From: a virus
IMG/VR virus record: IMGVR_UViG_3300027518_000004
Reading direction: 5' to 3' (one strand)
Length of the DNA: 35,856 nt
Under the pieces are notes generated by a model. It saw nothing but the letters and a program-made list of their open reading frames with translations. It ran no database searches and was not told the DNA's origin. The position numbers and the translations under genes are program-made. Positions 21,368-33,072 of this stretch are shown in pieces; position 1 is the first letter of the stretch, and each line of letters begins with the position of its first letter.

Positions 21368-24300
21368 GGATTCCAGTTTCTTCTATCATAAATTATCAGC
21401 TTCCATCTTTTGTTAGAGAAGAATATCCCCTGTTTTCTAAATTTTTAGAACAATATTATCTTTCTGATCAGACGGAAATAATCACTCAGAATTTAGATAC
21501 TGATCTAGATATTGACGTTATTTTTAAATTAAGAGACTCTGCTATTTTAACATCTCCTGTTGGGTTTATTGACAGCACCATAACAGTAGATTCAACGGAA
21601 GGCTTTCCAGATAATTATGGTCTTTTAAAAATAGACAGTGAAATTATTTTATACACGTCTAAGACAGGAACTCAGTTTTCAAATTGCACCAGAGGGTTTA
21701 GTGGCATCACTAAAATCGATAGAGAATATCTAGAATTTTCTGAATCTGACCTTGAAACGCATCAGGTCAATTCTTCTGTAGTAAACCTGAGTATTTTATA
21801 TTTAAAGGAATTTGCATATAAGTTAAAGAAAAAAATAACCCCTGGATTTGAAGACCGGGAATTTTTTAGTGAATTAAATATAACTAATTTTGTTAAAAAT
21901 GTAAAAAGTTTCTACACTTCTAAAGGTTCAGATGAGTCGTTTAGAATTCTTTTTGGCGCTTTATATGGTAAGACAGTTGAAGTAATTAAACCTAGAGATT
22001 TTTTAATCCGACCATCAAGTGCTGAATATCGAACAGTAAAAAATATAGTAGTAGAACTTATTGAAGGTGATCCATATACCCTTGTAAATTCTGATATTTA
22101 CCAAGACAAGACTGATTTTATTGAGCCTGCTCAAGGAACAATAGTAGAAATAAGCGAAATATTGAGAGACAACAAAAAATATTACATATTAGGGCTTGAT
22201 TTTAGTTATAATAGAGATATTGACACTGCCGGAACACTAAAAAGTGAATTTAGTATTCACCCCAAAACGCTCTCAACTTCAAAAATATTAAAAAATTCTG
22301 ACTTTATTGATGTTGATTCTACTGTTGGATTTCCTGATTCTGGGAACTTAAAAATTGACTTACCATCAGGAGAGACAATAATTGTTCAGTATCAAGAAAA
22401 AGTTATTAATCAATTTCTGGGATGCTCTAACATTACTTCTGATATACCAGAAAAGACCGAAGTAAAAACAGAGGATTTTATTTATGGGAAGTCTGGCGAT
22501 TCTCCTTCAGTTTTAATGCGGGTAACTGGTGTTCTCGGAGACATTGATTTCCTAACCGACACTTATAATAATAAAAAGAAAGAAAAAATAAAAATTAAAA
22601 CTTTAGGTAATGATTCACAAGACTTTAAAGTAAATAATTGGTTTTTTAACGTCCCAGTTAAATATGACGTTCAAAACGTTCAGTTAATAAATTCTATTGA
22701 TTTTACATATAATATTGAGACTATTGATACACATAACTTTGTCTTGGGGGATTCACTCACATTAGAATCCTCTGACGGCAATACTTTTATCGGAGACGTT
22801 ATATTTGTTAGTAATGAAAAATCTATTAAAGTAAAAATTACACAGCTATTAAATTTAAATGCCACATATAAAGCAAGAAAAAATATTTCAAAAGTAAGAA
22901 TAGCTGATCAAAAATATTCGTACCTATCAAAATATAATTCTAATGTTCAAAATACATATACTGACTATAATCAAAATTTATATGTATCAACTCCATCTCT
23001 ACCATCTTATCTAGAGACTCCATTAGAAATAAAAGAATTTTTATCCCATGTTCCAAGTGGAAATTATACTGGTACAGATCAAATAACTTTTAATTCAAGC
23101 CATAAGTTTTATACTGGCGACTTAGTTGTTTATAAACCAAAAAATTTAGAAAATTCAATAACCACTGAAGGAACTTATTATGTTTACAAATTAAGTGATA
23201 CAAGTATAAAATTATCAAAAAGTCTTTTAAGTATAACCGATTCTGTTTTTGTTACTTTTAATGGGCAAATAAACCCTGGTTATGAAAGCACTATTGAACT
23301 AAAAGATTTTTATGATACCGAACTTAATAGACTTGAATTAAAGCCTAAAAATTCATTTATAAAATTAGAGCAACCTCAAATAATAGACGAAGAGCAAGAA
23401 ATACAACCAGGAACTATAGGGTTATTCATCAATGGGGTGGAGGCATTAAGTTATAAATCAAATGACAGAATATTCTATGGTAATATAAGAAAAGTCGAGG
23501 TTTTAGCCGAAGGTAGAGACTATAACATTTTAACTCCACCTCAAATAATTGTATCAGATTCTGTTGGTTTTGGTGCTACTCTTATACCTGCTTTAGAAGG
23601 AAGTCTCGACAAAATTAATATTATTAATCCAGGATTTGATTACTTAGAAACTCCCATTATATCAATAACCGGGGGCGGGGGTGTTGGTGCTCGGGCAATC
23701 GCTGAACTAAAGACATTTACCCATAGTATTGAATTTGATTCAGCAGTTTCAGTTGATAGTGCCCAGGATACTATTAGTTTTGAAGATGATCATAAATTTA
23801 GAGATAATGAAAAAGTAATTTACAAGACAGATGGATTGCCAAATATTTCTGGTTTAAGTACAAATTCAAAATATTTTGTCAGAGTAGTAGATTCTAAAAA
23901 AATTCGTCTTTATAATACCTTACAAGATTCTTCTGCTGGAATAAACACAGTAAACCTAACGGCGGTTAGTGGCGGAATTCATTCTATAGTTTCAACTAAA
24001 TTAAAGAAGAAATTAGCAAATGTTAAAATAGTCAGTCCTGGAGAAGGGTATAAAAATAAAAAAGTAAAGGTTTCAGGAATTAATACCGCATCAGATGAAA
24101 TACAAATCAAAGACCATCAATATTCATCTGGTGAAATAATAACTTATTATCCACAAAATAATGTTTTATCTGGTCTTTCAAGCTCTAGTTCATATTATGT
24201 TACCGTAGTTGATGAAGATAATATAAAACTTTCAGGGATTTCGACAATTTCTGACCCCGATTTCCAATTTAGAACTAAAAAATATATTAATTTAACTTCA

Positions 24301-27300
24301 AATTTAGTTGGAGAGCATTATTTTAATTACCCTGAGATAAAAGTTGAAATTATTGGTAAAACAGGAGTCTCAACCTTTGCTAACCAGGACTTTTCCGCTA
24401 AGTTACAGCCAGTCTTTTCTGGAAAAATAAAATCAGTATTTATAGAAAATGATGGGTTTAATTACGGTTCTTCTAATGTTTTAAATTATCATAAAAAACC
24501 TAATCTTAGAATAGAATCTGGTAAAAATGCTCAATTTACACCAATAATTTCTGGTGGCACTATAACAAAAGTTTTAATAAATTCACCTGGAAGTGATTAT
24601 CAACAAATTCCTGATTTAAAGATAATTCCAGAAAATAGTACTATAGTTTTAACTCCAATACTATCAAATGGTAAAATAGTCGAAGTTGTTGTTGTTAACG
24701 GCGGGGAAAATGTAGTTGAAAACAGTACAATAACCGCTGTTCCAAAAGGATTAGAAGCTAAATTTGACGTAACAATAAGGTCAAGGAGAATAAATTTAGT
24801 ACAAAAACTTATTGACACCCGCAATATTTCTTTGGATGATGGGTATATCTTTAGAACAGAAGATTCATTACAATATAGTCACTTATATTCTCCTAGATCA
24901 TTACGAAGAGTAGTAACTAGAAAAGTTGGAAATTTAAATCAAAGAGATTTAAATTTAAATGACAATAGTTTTGAATTACCATCTACTAATATTCATTCTC
25001 CTATTATTGGGTGGGCATATGATGGAAATCCAATTTATGGACCATATGGGTATGCTAATGGAAACTCTGGAGAGATTAAACGGCTTTCTTCTGGCTATTC
25101 TTTAAAATCAGATGAAAAATTAGTATCTGAAAATAGACCAGTAGGATTTTCAAAAGGTTTCTTTATTGAAGATTTTGAATTTACTGGAAATGGTGATTTA
25201 GATGAACATAATGGAAGATTCTGCAAAACCCCTGAGTTTCCCGATGGAACATATGCATACTTCTTGACTATCAGTGACGTTAACGATGACGTAGCTTCTA
25301 GTAATTTTTATGGTTACTTTACCCCAGTATTCCCTTATATTATAGGCCCAACATTTAAAAATAAAAATATAAAAGTAAGTACAATATTTCAAAATTTAAG
25401 CAAAAAATTAATTAGAAATACAACACCATATAATCTATTAAACAAAAATAGTTCATATGATTATATTGTAAACCCGAATAAAATAAAAGAAGAAGATATT
25501 GAAATCGTTACAACTAAATCTTCTACAATCGATAAAATTGATATTGTAAAACAAGGGAATGATTATAAGATTAATGATGTTATAACTTTAAGCGATAATA
25601 ATTTAGCGAAGGTCCAGACTATTTCTGGGGTAGCCGTAACTAACATTAGCTCTACTTACAGTAGTTTTTCTAATTTAGAAGTTGTTCCGTTTGCAAATCA
25701 GTTTATTGGAATTTTAACTGCCCCTCATAACATAAACTCAAGTAAAAAGTTTACTTTAAATTCAAAATATGAGATAAACAAAAAAATAATAGCGACGCCT
25801 TCAGTAAATACTCTACTTCTTTCTTCGCCAGTTGAGCCAACTGCCACAACTGGAATTGTGACATATTTTAATGTAAGTGGAAATCTAAACTTCCCTATAA
25901 AGGAAAATGATATTTTTACAATTGAAAGTGAAAAAATCAAAATATTGAACATTGATTCAGAGCTATCTAGAATTAAAGTAGAGAGAAATCAATCTGGAAC
26001 TGTAGGTGTTAATACTTACCAAAGAAATACAGAACTTAATGAAAATTCAAGAAAAATTTTATTTAATGTTGGGCTTTCAACAACTTATAATTTTAAGTCG
26101 AATAAAGAATTTTATTTTGTTCCATCCGAAACAGTAGGAATAGGAACTACTGGTAATTCCGTTCTCAATATTTTGAATCCTGGTCTCGGAAAAACCACTG
26201 TAACAATACCTAATGGTTCAATTTTTATAAAAAATCATGGTTTGAATTCTGGAGATGTGTTATTTTATGATTCAAAAAATAATCAACCAATTCAAGTATC
26301 ATTAGCTGGTATTGGAACAACTTCTTTACTGCAAGGTCAAGATCTCTTTGTAACAAAAATAGACAATGATTTAATTGGGATATCTACAATCAAATCCGGG
26401 CAGAGTAACTTTTATTTTCAGTCAATTGGCACGGGTTCTACCCATAGCTTTACTGTAAATTATCCAGACCGATTAGTTGCAGAAATATTCACCTCAACCG
26501 CTACAGTCTCTGTTAGCTCTAGTACTGGTCTTAGTATAAACGATAGGGTTAACGTTAATGTTACTTCTGGAGTTCAAACCAGTATTTCTTTTTACTATAA
26601 CGATTTTAATAAAAGAATCTGTGGAAATAAAAAAACAATATCTAGTGTTGATGTAATTAATAATGTAATTTACTCGACTAACCATCGATTTACAGCATCG
26701 GAAAAGGTAATTTATGTCTCTGCCTCAGCGGTTGGTGGATTAGAAACAAATAACATATATTTTGTTGTTCCGATAACAAAAGATAGTTTCAAACTTTCTT
26801 CCACTGCTTATGGTGCCACGTTAGAATTCCCCGAAGAAATTAATTTTACTTCTTCTGGTTCTGGGTATTTTTACTCTATAAATCCAAAAATAGAAATAAT
26901 CCCAGATCAAGATTTAGTTTTTGACGTTTCAGATTCTTCTTTATCATTTACATATCAAGGCCAACAGTTCTCAGCATTTGAATTGAAATTATTTTATGAC
27001 AACGCTCTATTGAATCCGTATGATACTTATTCTTTATCTCTTACTGGAGAAGTAGGAATTACTACTGCAAATTATATTTTAAAAACAACTGATCTACCAG
27101 ACAAATTATATTATACTTTTTCTCCAATAAATTTAAATATTTCCCCAGAAACCAAGAAAGGGATTTATTTAGATACCGACCAAATTAATTTCTCTGAATT
27201 AGTAAAAGTTTCTAGCAAATATTCTGGGCAATTTGCTGTTGTTGGTGTGACATCAACAAGTTTTACCTATGAGTTAAACTCTTATCCAGAAATAGAAAAC

Positions 27301-29856
27301 TATTCTTCGTCTACTTCAGAATTAAGTTACACTACAGATTCATTGAGTTCCATTGGGCCAATTAATTCTATTAAATTAACAAAACTAACAAAAACTGATC
27401 AATTACCTAAAGTAATATCTATAGAATCTGATCTTGGTAAAAATGCAGTTTTAAGACCATTTTCTTCTTCTATTGGAGCAATAAAAGAAGTTAAAAAGTT
27501 AGACGCGGGGTTTGATTATACTGTAGATTATACAATCAGACCTAAAGTAATAACTCCAGTTATAATAAAAATATCTCCACTTTATCATATAGATTCAGTT
27601 AAAGTAATCTCGACTGGTACAAATTATTCATTTTTTCCAAATTTAATTTTAATTGACTCTGAAACTAGGGCCGAATTTTCTGATGTAAAATTAGTTTATA
27701 ATGAAAACAATAATAAAATAAACATCTTACAAAATATAAATTCCCTACAAGATGATAATATTGAAATAATTCCTACTAATAATGATAATGGTTTTGAAAT
27801 TGATGAGCTGACATATAATTCTACAACTAAAATAGTTACTATTAAACTAAAAACTCCATTTAATTCTTTAAACGAGTTTCCTTTCGGTGTCAATGAGTTA
27901 TTTTATGTCGAGAACGTATCAACTGCTTCAACTAGTAGAGGTTACAATTCTAGTAAATATGATTATAATTTCTTTAAAGTTCTTTCTGCAACTCCTAATA
28001 TCGGAGGAATAGGTGCGACATTTACTTATAGTTTAGCTGACTATCTTGAAGTCGGGGAATCTCCAGGAACTGTAGATAATTTTTATACTAATGGATTTGT
28101 CATTCCTAAAAAGTATCTTCCAACTTTTGAAATAAAAATAGCCCCAAATGAGTTTTTCATTGACGAGGATATTATAACGTCCGAGGGAGTTACTGGTAAA
28201 ATTATTGGAAAGGAAATAGAAAATAATATTATAAAAATAGAAACAACCGGGACAATTAAAGTTGGTGATATAATTTATGGTAAGAGCAGTAATAATTATT
28301 TTTCTGCAGTTGATGTTTATTTTGTAGAAGGTTTTGTGAATATCTCTTCAAACTCTGTTGTAACTATCGGTTGGAAAGATAGAGTAGGATTTTTAAATGA
28401 TCCTCAACAGAGAATTCATGATAGTAATTATTATCAATATTTTTCATATGCCCTAAAATCAGAAGAAGATTATAGCAAATGGTCTGATTTAGTCGATTCT
28501 TTAAACCATACTGCCGGGTTTAAAAAGTTTGGAAATCTTCTAGTAAATAGCACTCATGATAATGTTGGAATAGTAACTAGTCAAGATTTTGGAACACTAG
28601 AAATAATAAATGATTTACAAGAGGTAATTGATGTCAATTGTCTTGTTGATTTTGATCTGGGAACAGAAAATTATTTCACGATTGATGATAATCTTAGATC
28701 AAATGAAATCTATTTTAATTCAAGGAGATTACAAGATTACATTGAATCACGGGGAAATAAAGTTTTACTAATTGATGACATCTCTGATAAATTTAAGCCA
28801 GTTGAACCAGAAGAAAATACTGTAGTAGACTCGTTTAAGTTAAATTTTATCAGATTCAAAAAATATGTTATAAGTGTATATGATAGATTAGACCAACAAT
28901 ATTCACAATCACTATTGTTAAACCTTCTGCACAATGGCACTGAAGTCGCTATAAATCAATATGTAATAAACGATAGCCAAGGTGAGTTGGGTTATTTTGA
29001 TGCAGAAATTTCTGATTTTGATATTGAATTGTTATTCTATCCATTTGAAACATCCAATAAAATATATTCTGTGAATAGTTTTTCCTTTAACATAAGTGAT
29101 TCTGATATAAACACTGGTGTTATTGATATTGGAAATGTGGCCCAAATAAGTTCAAATAAAGTTACTGGCATCGGAACAACTACAATTTGTTCTATTTCAA
29201 CAACTACATCTGCCGCAAAAATACTATTAACATTTTCCGATTTTGACAACAATTCATTTTATTCTGATGAAATTAATTATGTTCATAATGGCTCCTCCAT
29301 AGTTTATAATTCTTACAGTGAATTAAATTTAGGAAAAACTATTGGAATTGGTACATATAGTCTTTATTATAATGGTGGAAATATTAATGTTGATATACAT
29401 CCCTTTGAAACCGAAACATATGATGTTAATGTTTTACCAATATCAATTTCTGGAATTGCTACTACAACAGGAAATGTATTTTTAAGTGGCAATATTTTAC
29501 AATCGTCTTACGTTGGAGTGGCGACAACTGGAATACCACAAAAATCATTGATATATTCTCATCCTTCAGATTACACCGCTGGATTACATCATATTGTAAT
29601 AAAAGACCTTGATAATAATAGATTCAGTTCTACTGAAATCTTAGGTATGTTAAATACTACAGCCCAGGAAGTTTATTCTGTTGGTTTTGGAGAATTAAGT
29701 ACAAGTAATAATCTAGGCGTATTTGAATTAGAATACTCTAACATAAGTGGCGATCTTGAAATATATTTTACTCCGAATACAGATATAAATTACCAAGTAA
29801 GGATTTTTAGCACTTTAATATCAAAATTTAGGAGATCAGAAAGTTTAGAATTATGA
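21364..29856 (+). CDS. gp7: Baseplate wedge initiator gp7-like giant protein (2830 aa) with an embedded YHYH-like domain
   Basis: QLPSFVREEYPLF..FL.QYY, FYTSKGS..S..ILF; HSPIIGWAYDGNPIYGPYG...LDEHNGRF..TPEFP.GTYAYF; DSNYYQYFSY...HTAGFK; lies between gp6 and gp8. Confidence 0.88.
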   Translation: MRIPVSSIINYQLPSFVREEYPLFSKFLEQYYLSDQTEIITQNLDTDLDIDVIFKLRDSAILTSPVGFIDSTITVDSTEGFPDNYGLLKIDSEIILYTSKTGTQFSNCTRGFSGITKIDREYLEFSESDLETHQVNSSVVNLSILYLKEFAYKLKKKITPGFEDREFFSELNITNFVKNVKSFYTSKGSDESFRILFGALYGKTVEVIKPRDFLIRPSSAEYRTVKNIVVELIEGDPYTLVNSDIYQDKTDFIEPAQGTIVEISEILRDNKKYYILGLDFSYNRDIDTAGTLKSEFSIHPKTLSTSKILKNSDFIDVDSTVGFPDSGNLKIDLPSGETIIVQYQEKVINQFLGCSNITSDIPEKTEVKTEDFIYGKSGDSPSVLMRVTGVLGDIDFLTDTYNNKKKEKIKIKTLGNDSQDFKVNNWFFNVPVKYDVQNVQLINSIDFTYNIETIDTHNFVLGDSLTLESSDGNTFIGDVIFVSNEKSIKVKITQLLNLNATYKARKNISKVRIADQKYSYLSKYNSNVQNTYTDYNQNLYVSTPSLPSYLETPLEIKEFLSHVPSGNYTGTDQITFNSSHKFYTGDLVVYKPKNLENSITTEGTYYVYKLSDTSIKLSKSLLSITDSVFVTFNGQINPGYESTIELKDFYDTELNRLELKPKNSFIKLEQPQIIDEEQEIQPGTIGLFINGVEALSYKSNDRIFYGNIRKVEVLAEGRDYNILTPPQIIVSDSVGFGATLIPALEGSLDKINIINPGFDYLETPIISITGGGGVGARAIAELKTFTHSIEFDSAVSVDSAQDTISFEDDHKFRDNEKVIYKTDGLPNISGLSTNSKYFVRVVDSKKIRLYNTLQDSSAGINTVNLTAVSGGIHSIVSTKLKKKLANVKIVSPGEGYKNKKVKVSGINTASDEIQIKDHQYSSGEIITYYPQNNVLSGLSSSSSYYVTVVDEDNIKLSGISTISDPDFQFRTKKYINLTSNLVGEHYFNYPEIKVEIIGKTGVSTFANQDFSAKLQPVFSGKIKSVFIENDGFNYGSSNVLNYHKKPNLRIESGKNAQFTPIISGGTITKVLINSPGSDYQQIPDLKIIPENSTIVLTPILSNGKIVEVVVVNGGENVVENSTITAVPKGLEAKFDVTIRSRRINLVQKLIDTRNISLDDGYIFRTEDSLQYSHLYSPRSLRRVVTRKVGNLNQRDLNLNDNSFELPSTNIHSPIIGWAYDGNPIYGPYGYANGNSGEIKRLSSGYSLKSDEKLVSENRPVGFSKGFFIEDFEFTGNGDLDEHNGRFCKTPEFPDGTYAYFLTISDVNDDVASSNFYGYFTPVFPYIIGPTFKNKNIKVSTIFQNLSKKLIRNTTPYNLLNKNSSYDYIVNPNKIKEEDIEIVTTKSSTIDKIDIVKQGNDYKINDVITLSDNNLAKVQTISGVAVTNISSTYSSFSNLEVVPFANQFIGILTAPHNINSSKKFTLNSKYEINKKIIATPSVNTLLLSSPVEPTATTGIVTYFNVSGNLNFPIKENDIFTIESEKIKILNIDSELSRIKVERNQSGTVGVNTYQRNTELNENSRKILFNVGLSTTYNFKSNKEFYFVPSETVGIGTTGNSVLNILNPGLGKTTVTIPNGSIFIKNHGLNSGDVLFYDSKNNQPIQVSLAGIGTTSLLQGQDLFVTKIDNDLIGISTIKSGQSNFYFQSIGTGSTHSFTVNYPDRLVAEIFTSTATVSVSSSTGLSINDRVNVNVTSGVQTSISFYYNDFNKRICGNKKTISSVDVINNVIYSTNHRFTASEKVIYVSASAVGGLETNNIYFVVPITKDSFKLSSTAYGATLEFPEEINFTSSGSGYFYSINPKIEIIPDQDLVFDVSDSSLSFTYQGQQFSAFELKLFYDNALLNPYDTYSLSLTGEVGITTANYILKTTDLPDKLYYTFSPINLNISPETKKGIYLDTDQINFSELVKVSSKYSGQFAVVGVTSTSFTYELNSYPEIENYSSSTSELSYTTDSLSSIGPINSIKLTKLTKTDQLPKVISIESDLGKNAVLRPFSSSIGAIKEVKKLDAGFDYTVDYTIRPKVITPVIIKISPLYHIDSVKVISTGTNYSFFPNLILIDSETRAEFSDVKLVYNENNNKINILQNINSLQDDNIEIIPTNNDNGFEIDELTYNSTTKIVTIKLKTPFNSLNEFPFGVNELFYVENVSTASTSRGYNSSKYDYNFFKVLSATPNIGGIGATFTYSLADYLEVGESPGTVDNFYTNGFVIPKKYLPTFEIKIAPNEFFIDEDIITSEGVTGKIIGKEIENNIIKIETTGTIKVGDIIYGKSSNNYFSAVDVYFVEGFVNISSNSVVTIGWKDRVGFLNDPQQRIHDSNYYQYFSYALKSEEDYSKWSDLVDSLNHTAGFKKFGNLLVNSTHDNVGIVTSQDFGTLEIINDLQEVIDVNCLVDFDLGTENYFTIDDNLRSNEIYFNSRRLQDYIESRGNKVLLIDDISDKFKPVEPEENTVVDSFKLNFIRFKKYVISVYDRLDQQYSQSLLLNLLHNGTEVAINQYVINDSQGELGYFDAEISDFDIELLFYPFETSNKIYSVNSFSFNISDSDINTGVIDIGNVAQISSNKVTGIGTTTICSISTTTSAAKILLTFSDFDNNSFYSDEINYVHNGSSIVYNSYSELNLGKTIGIGTYSLYYNGGNINVDIHPFETETYDVNVLPISISGIATTTGNVFLSGNILQSSYVGVATTGIPQKSLIYSHPSDYTAGLHHIVIKDLDNNRFSSTEILGMLNTTAQEVYSVGFGELSTSNNLGVFELEYSNISGDLEIYFTPNTDINYQVRIFSTLISKFRRSESLEL

Positions 29857-32800
29857 GCAATATTTCTTTTTCTTCTGGCTATGGGGAATATACAAGTGGA
29901 GAATTTTTTAGGTCTGCTGCCTTTGAACTGACCTCTAATAAAAAAACAATATTTTCTAAGGAATTTGAATCTGATTCTGCTGAGTTTGTTGATTTACAAA
30001 ATAATTCATTTAATCTAACAGAGCACAACTTTATAACAGGTGAAGAATTAGTTTATGATTATACTTTAAATGGAAACAATTCACCCATTAAAATAGCCCC
30101 CACTGTAATTTCCGGGGTAAGTACGACTATTTTACCTAAAAAACTATATGCAGTAAAAAAAGATTTTTCCACACTACAGGTAGCTGCCGCAAAAACGGAT
30201 GCTCTGTTAGAAGTACCTAATATATTAAATTTAACCGAGTTTGGTACAGGTGAACATAAAATTTCATCAAAAAATCCAAATCTAAACACTTTAATCACCA
30301 TAAACAATGTTATTCAAGACCCGATAATATCGACATCATCAACAACAATTATTATTGAAAACATTTCTGAAATCGATTCATCTTTTAACGTATTAAATCC
30401 AGACCTGTTTCAAGGTGGAGATTTAATTAAAATTAATGATGAAATAATGCGTATTTTGTCAGTTGGGATTGGGACTACTAATAGTCTTTCTATCGAAAGA
30501 GAGTTATTAGGTACTACTGCCGGAATTCATACGCAAAATACATTAATAACAAAAGTAAAAGGTAATTATAACATAGTTGATAATTTCATTTATTTTACTA
30601 TTTCACCGTATGGTAATAGTTTTGATGAAAAGAGTGGGCTTACAAATGGCTCTACTTTTAGCGGGAGAGTATTTTTACGCTCTGGTAAGGAAAATACTTC
30701 TGTAGGCCCATATGATAATAATTACGCATTTGATTATATATCAGAAAATTTTACTGGTAAAAACGGAATTTTTACTCTAACCAATAATCTGAGTAATGTA
30801 ACCGGCATAAGCACTTATAATGCAATAGTAACAATAAACGATGTTTTTCAACCACCATCTAGAACAGCAGGGATTGCAATCAGTGGTGCTTATAATCTAA
30901 TAGAAAATGTTGGTATTAGTTCAATTGTTTTTAATGGGAATCCAAATTTTCCAGCATATGATGTGAATATATCAGAATACCCCAGAGGTGGTATTATTTT
31001 TTCAGTTGGTTCCACTGGTGGGCTTGGATATCAACCATTGATTTCTGCTGGCGGAACGGCAATTGTTTCTGTTGCAGGAACTATTCAGTCTATATCTATT
31101 GGTTACAGTGGTTCAGGTTATAGGTCTGGAATTCAAACTGTTAATGTCGGTGTCGGCTACAGTGATATAAATTTATTTGATATAGAAAACATTGGGACAG
31201 CAACAATTTCTAGTGGAATAATTGTTAGTGTTAATATAACAAACCCTGGTTCTGGTTATACAAGCACAAATCCACCAGAAGTATACTTTGATGCTCCTTT
31301 ATCATACAGCAATCTTCCATTAGTTTATTCTCCTGGATATTCTGGTGTCGGTACAGGGGGCAGCGTTAGTGTTGTCGTTGGACAGGGCTCTAGTGTTATT
31401 GATTTTAAATTAACTAATGTTGGGTATGGATACAAAAAGGGTGATGTTTTAACAATATCGACCAGTGGAGTTTCGGGTATACCGACTACATCTAATTTTA
31501 AAAGATTTGAAATATTTGTAGATAAAGTTTTTAATGATGATTCTAGCGTAAGAACATTAGGAAACTTAGTAATCTTTGATCCAATAGATAGTCTTTTTGA
31601 TAATAAAAGAAAAACTTTCCCCCTATTGTTGAATAAAGAGCAGACTTCAGTTCTCCCAAAAATTGGTTCAGATATTGATATTAAAAATTGTCTTTTAATA
31701 TTCATAGACAACGTTCTTCAGGTTCCAGGAGAAGCCTATTCATTTAGAGGTGGAAGTATTTTTACCTTTAAAGAAGCACCTAAAAAAGGATCTACATCGA
31801 CTATATTATTTTATTCGGGAACCCCAGATATTGACACAAAGTTAACTAAGGTACTTGAAACAATTAAAATCGGTGATTCGGTTAAAATCTTTAGTAACTC
31901 TGATAGAGAAAATGATCAAAATAGTAGAATAGTTTCGGATATAACTTCTGTAGATATTGTAAAAACTAACTTGTATGATAAGCAAGGGATCTCGGATCAA
32001 GATGAGATTAGACCAATAGAATGGTGCCCTCAAAATGTGGATAAATTTGTCATAGGATCTGGCTCAACTATTAATTTAATTTCTACTAAAGATAGAGTTA
32101 TCTACGAGCCTTTGATTCACCCAACTTCCTTTGCTATATCTGGAATCAGTAGCAATGCAACTGAAATATTTGTTGACAATGTTAAAACTATTTTTGATAA
32201 CTATAGTGAATCCCCTACAGAAAATGAAATTAATATAATTTCACAGATACCTCAGTCTACTGCAAAGTTGAGTGCGGTAGTTTCAATTTCAGGCACAGTT
32301 CAGACTGTGACTATTGATGAATCAGGATTTGGTTATACTAATATTCCTCAGATATCAGTGGCATCCCCTATTGGAGTCGGTACTACTGCTTTACTAACTT
32401 GCACTCTAAACTCTTCTGGTGGTATTGGTACAGTTACTATTGTTAATTCTGGTGTTGGTTATTCCGTGGCACCTTTAATTATTGTTGAAGAGCCCAGACA
32501 GAAAGTTGAAACCGCAAGTAATGTGTCATATCAAGGGGATTTTGGTGTTATTGTTGGTGTCGGCACAACTACTCTTGGTGTTTATTTTGATTTATTTGTT
32601 GAAAAAGAGTCTTTCTTAAGAAATACATCTATTAATAATGTTGGGTCTGCCATAACCGGCCCAAGTGGAATAACAACTAACTATTATTTCTATGTTTCTA
32701 ATAGTAATGTCGGTAACGGTTTGACTTCGTTAGATTCTTCTAATAACGTCATTGGAATAGGAACTACTTTTATTGATAATGTCTATCAAGTCAATAGTTG

Positions 32801-33050
32801 GAAAATAGAACAAAGGAATGTAGCCGGAGTTGGAAACACATTTGTTAACCGAGTTACCGTTAAAGTCCAAAATAATTCTTCGTTAGTCGGTATTTCTCAA
32901 ACTTCTTACTATGGCGATTTCAGTTGGGGCAGAATCTACAATGTTTCTAAGTCTGGAATTTCTAGTTTTGCAGCGTATTCTCCTGGAATAACCACATCAA
33001 CTATAGTACAGCGAAATAATCCCCTAAAATTTGTAAATTATTTAGTATAA
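29853..33050 (+). CDS. Virion structural protein (1065 aa), probably the continuation of a split gp7-type protein
   Basis: ATGA overlap with gp7; same GSGY/VGIGTT beta-repeats. Confidence 0.8.
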   Translation: MSNISFSSGYGEYTSGEFFRSAAFELTSNKKTIFSKEFESDSAEFVDLQNNSFNLTEHNFITGEELVYDYTLNGNNSPIKIAPTVISGVSTTILPKKLYAVKKDFSTLQVAAAKTDALLEVPNILNLTEFGTGEHKISSKNPNLNTLITINNVIQDPIISTSSTTIIIENISEIDSSFNVLNPDLFQGGDLIKINDEIMRILSVGIGTTNSLSIERELLGTTAGIHTQNTLITKVKGNYNIVDNFIYFTISPYGNSFDEKSGLTNGSTFSGRVFLRSGKENTSVGPYDNNYAFDYISENFTGKNGIFTLTNNLSNVTGISTYNAIVTINDVFQPPSRTAGIAISGAYNLIENVGISSIVFNGNPNFPAYDVNISEYPRGGIIFSVGSTGGLGYQPLISAGGTAIVSVAGTIQSISIGYSGSGYRSGIQTVNVGVGYSDINLFDIENIGTATISSGIIVSVNITNPGSGYTSTNPPEVYFDAPLSYSNLPLVYSPGYSGVGTGGSVSVVVGQGSSVIDFKLTNVGYGYKKGDVLTISTSGVSGIPTTSNFKRFEIFVDKVFNDDSSVRTLGNLVIFDPIDSLFDNKRKTFPLLLNKEQTSVLPKIGSDIDIKNCLLIFIDNVLQVPGEAYSFRGGSIFTFKEAPKKGSTSTILFYSGTPDIDTKLTKVLETIKIGDSVKIFSNSDRENDQNSRIVSDITSVDIVKTNLYDKQGISDQDEIRPIEWCPQNVDKFVIGSGSTINLISTKDRVIYEPLIHPTSFAISGISSNATEIFVDNVKTIFDNYSESPTENEINIISQIPQSTAKLSAVVSISGTVQTVTIDESGFGYTNIPQISVASPIGVGTTALLTCTLNSSGGIGTVTIVNSGVGYSVAPLIIVEEPRQKVETASNVSYQGDFGVIVGVGTTTLGVYFDLFVEKESFLRNTSINNVGSAITGPSGITTNYYFYVSNSNVGNGLTSLDSSNNVIGIGTTFIDNVYQVNSWKIEQRNVAGVGNTFVNRVTVKVQNNSSLVGISQTSYYGDFSWGRIYNVSKSGISSFAAYSPGITTSTIVQRNNPLKFVNYLV

Positions 33051-33053
33051 ATA
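33046..33053 (+). promoter_or_regulatory. T4-type late promoter TATAAATA
   Basis: Perfect consensus 19 nt before the gp8 ATG. Confidence 0.75.
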
Positions 33054-33072
33054 GCTAATAAAAAAATAAAAG

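Noticed and set aside
22680-32033. Short minus-strand ORFs inside gp7 and the next structural gene
   Set aside because: Antisense shadows of long AT-rich structural genes.
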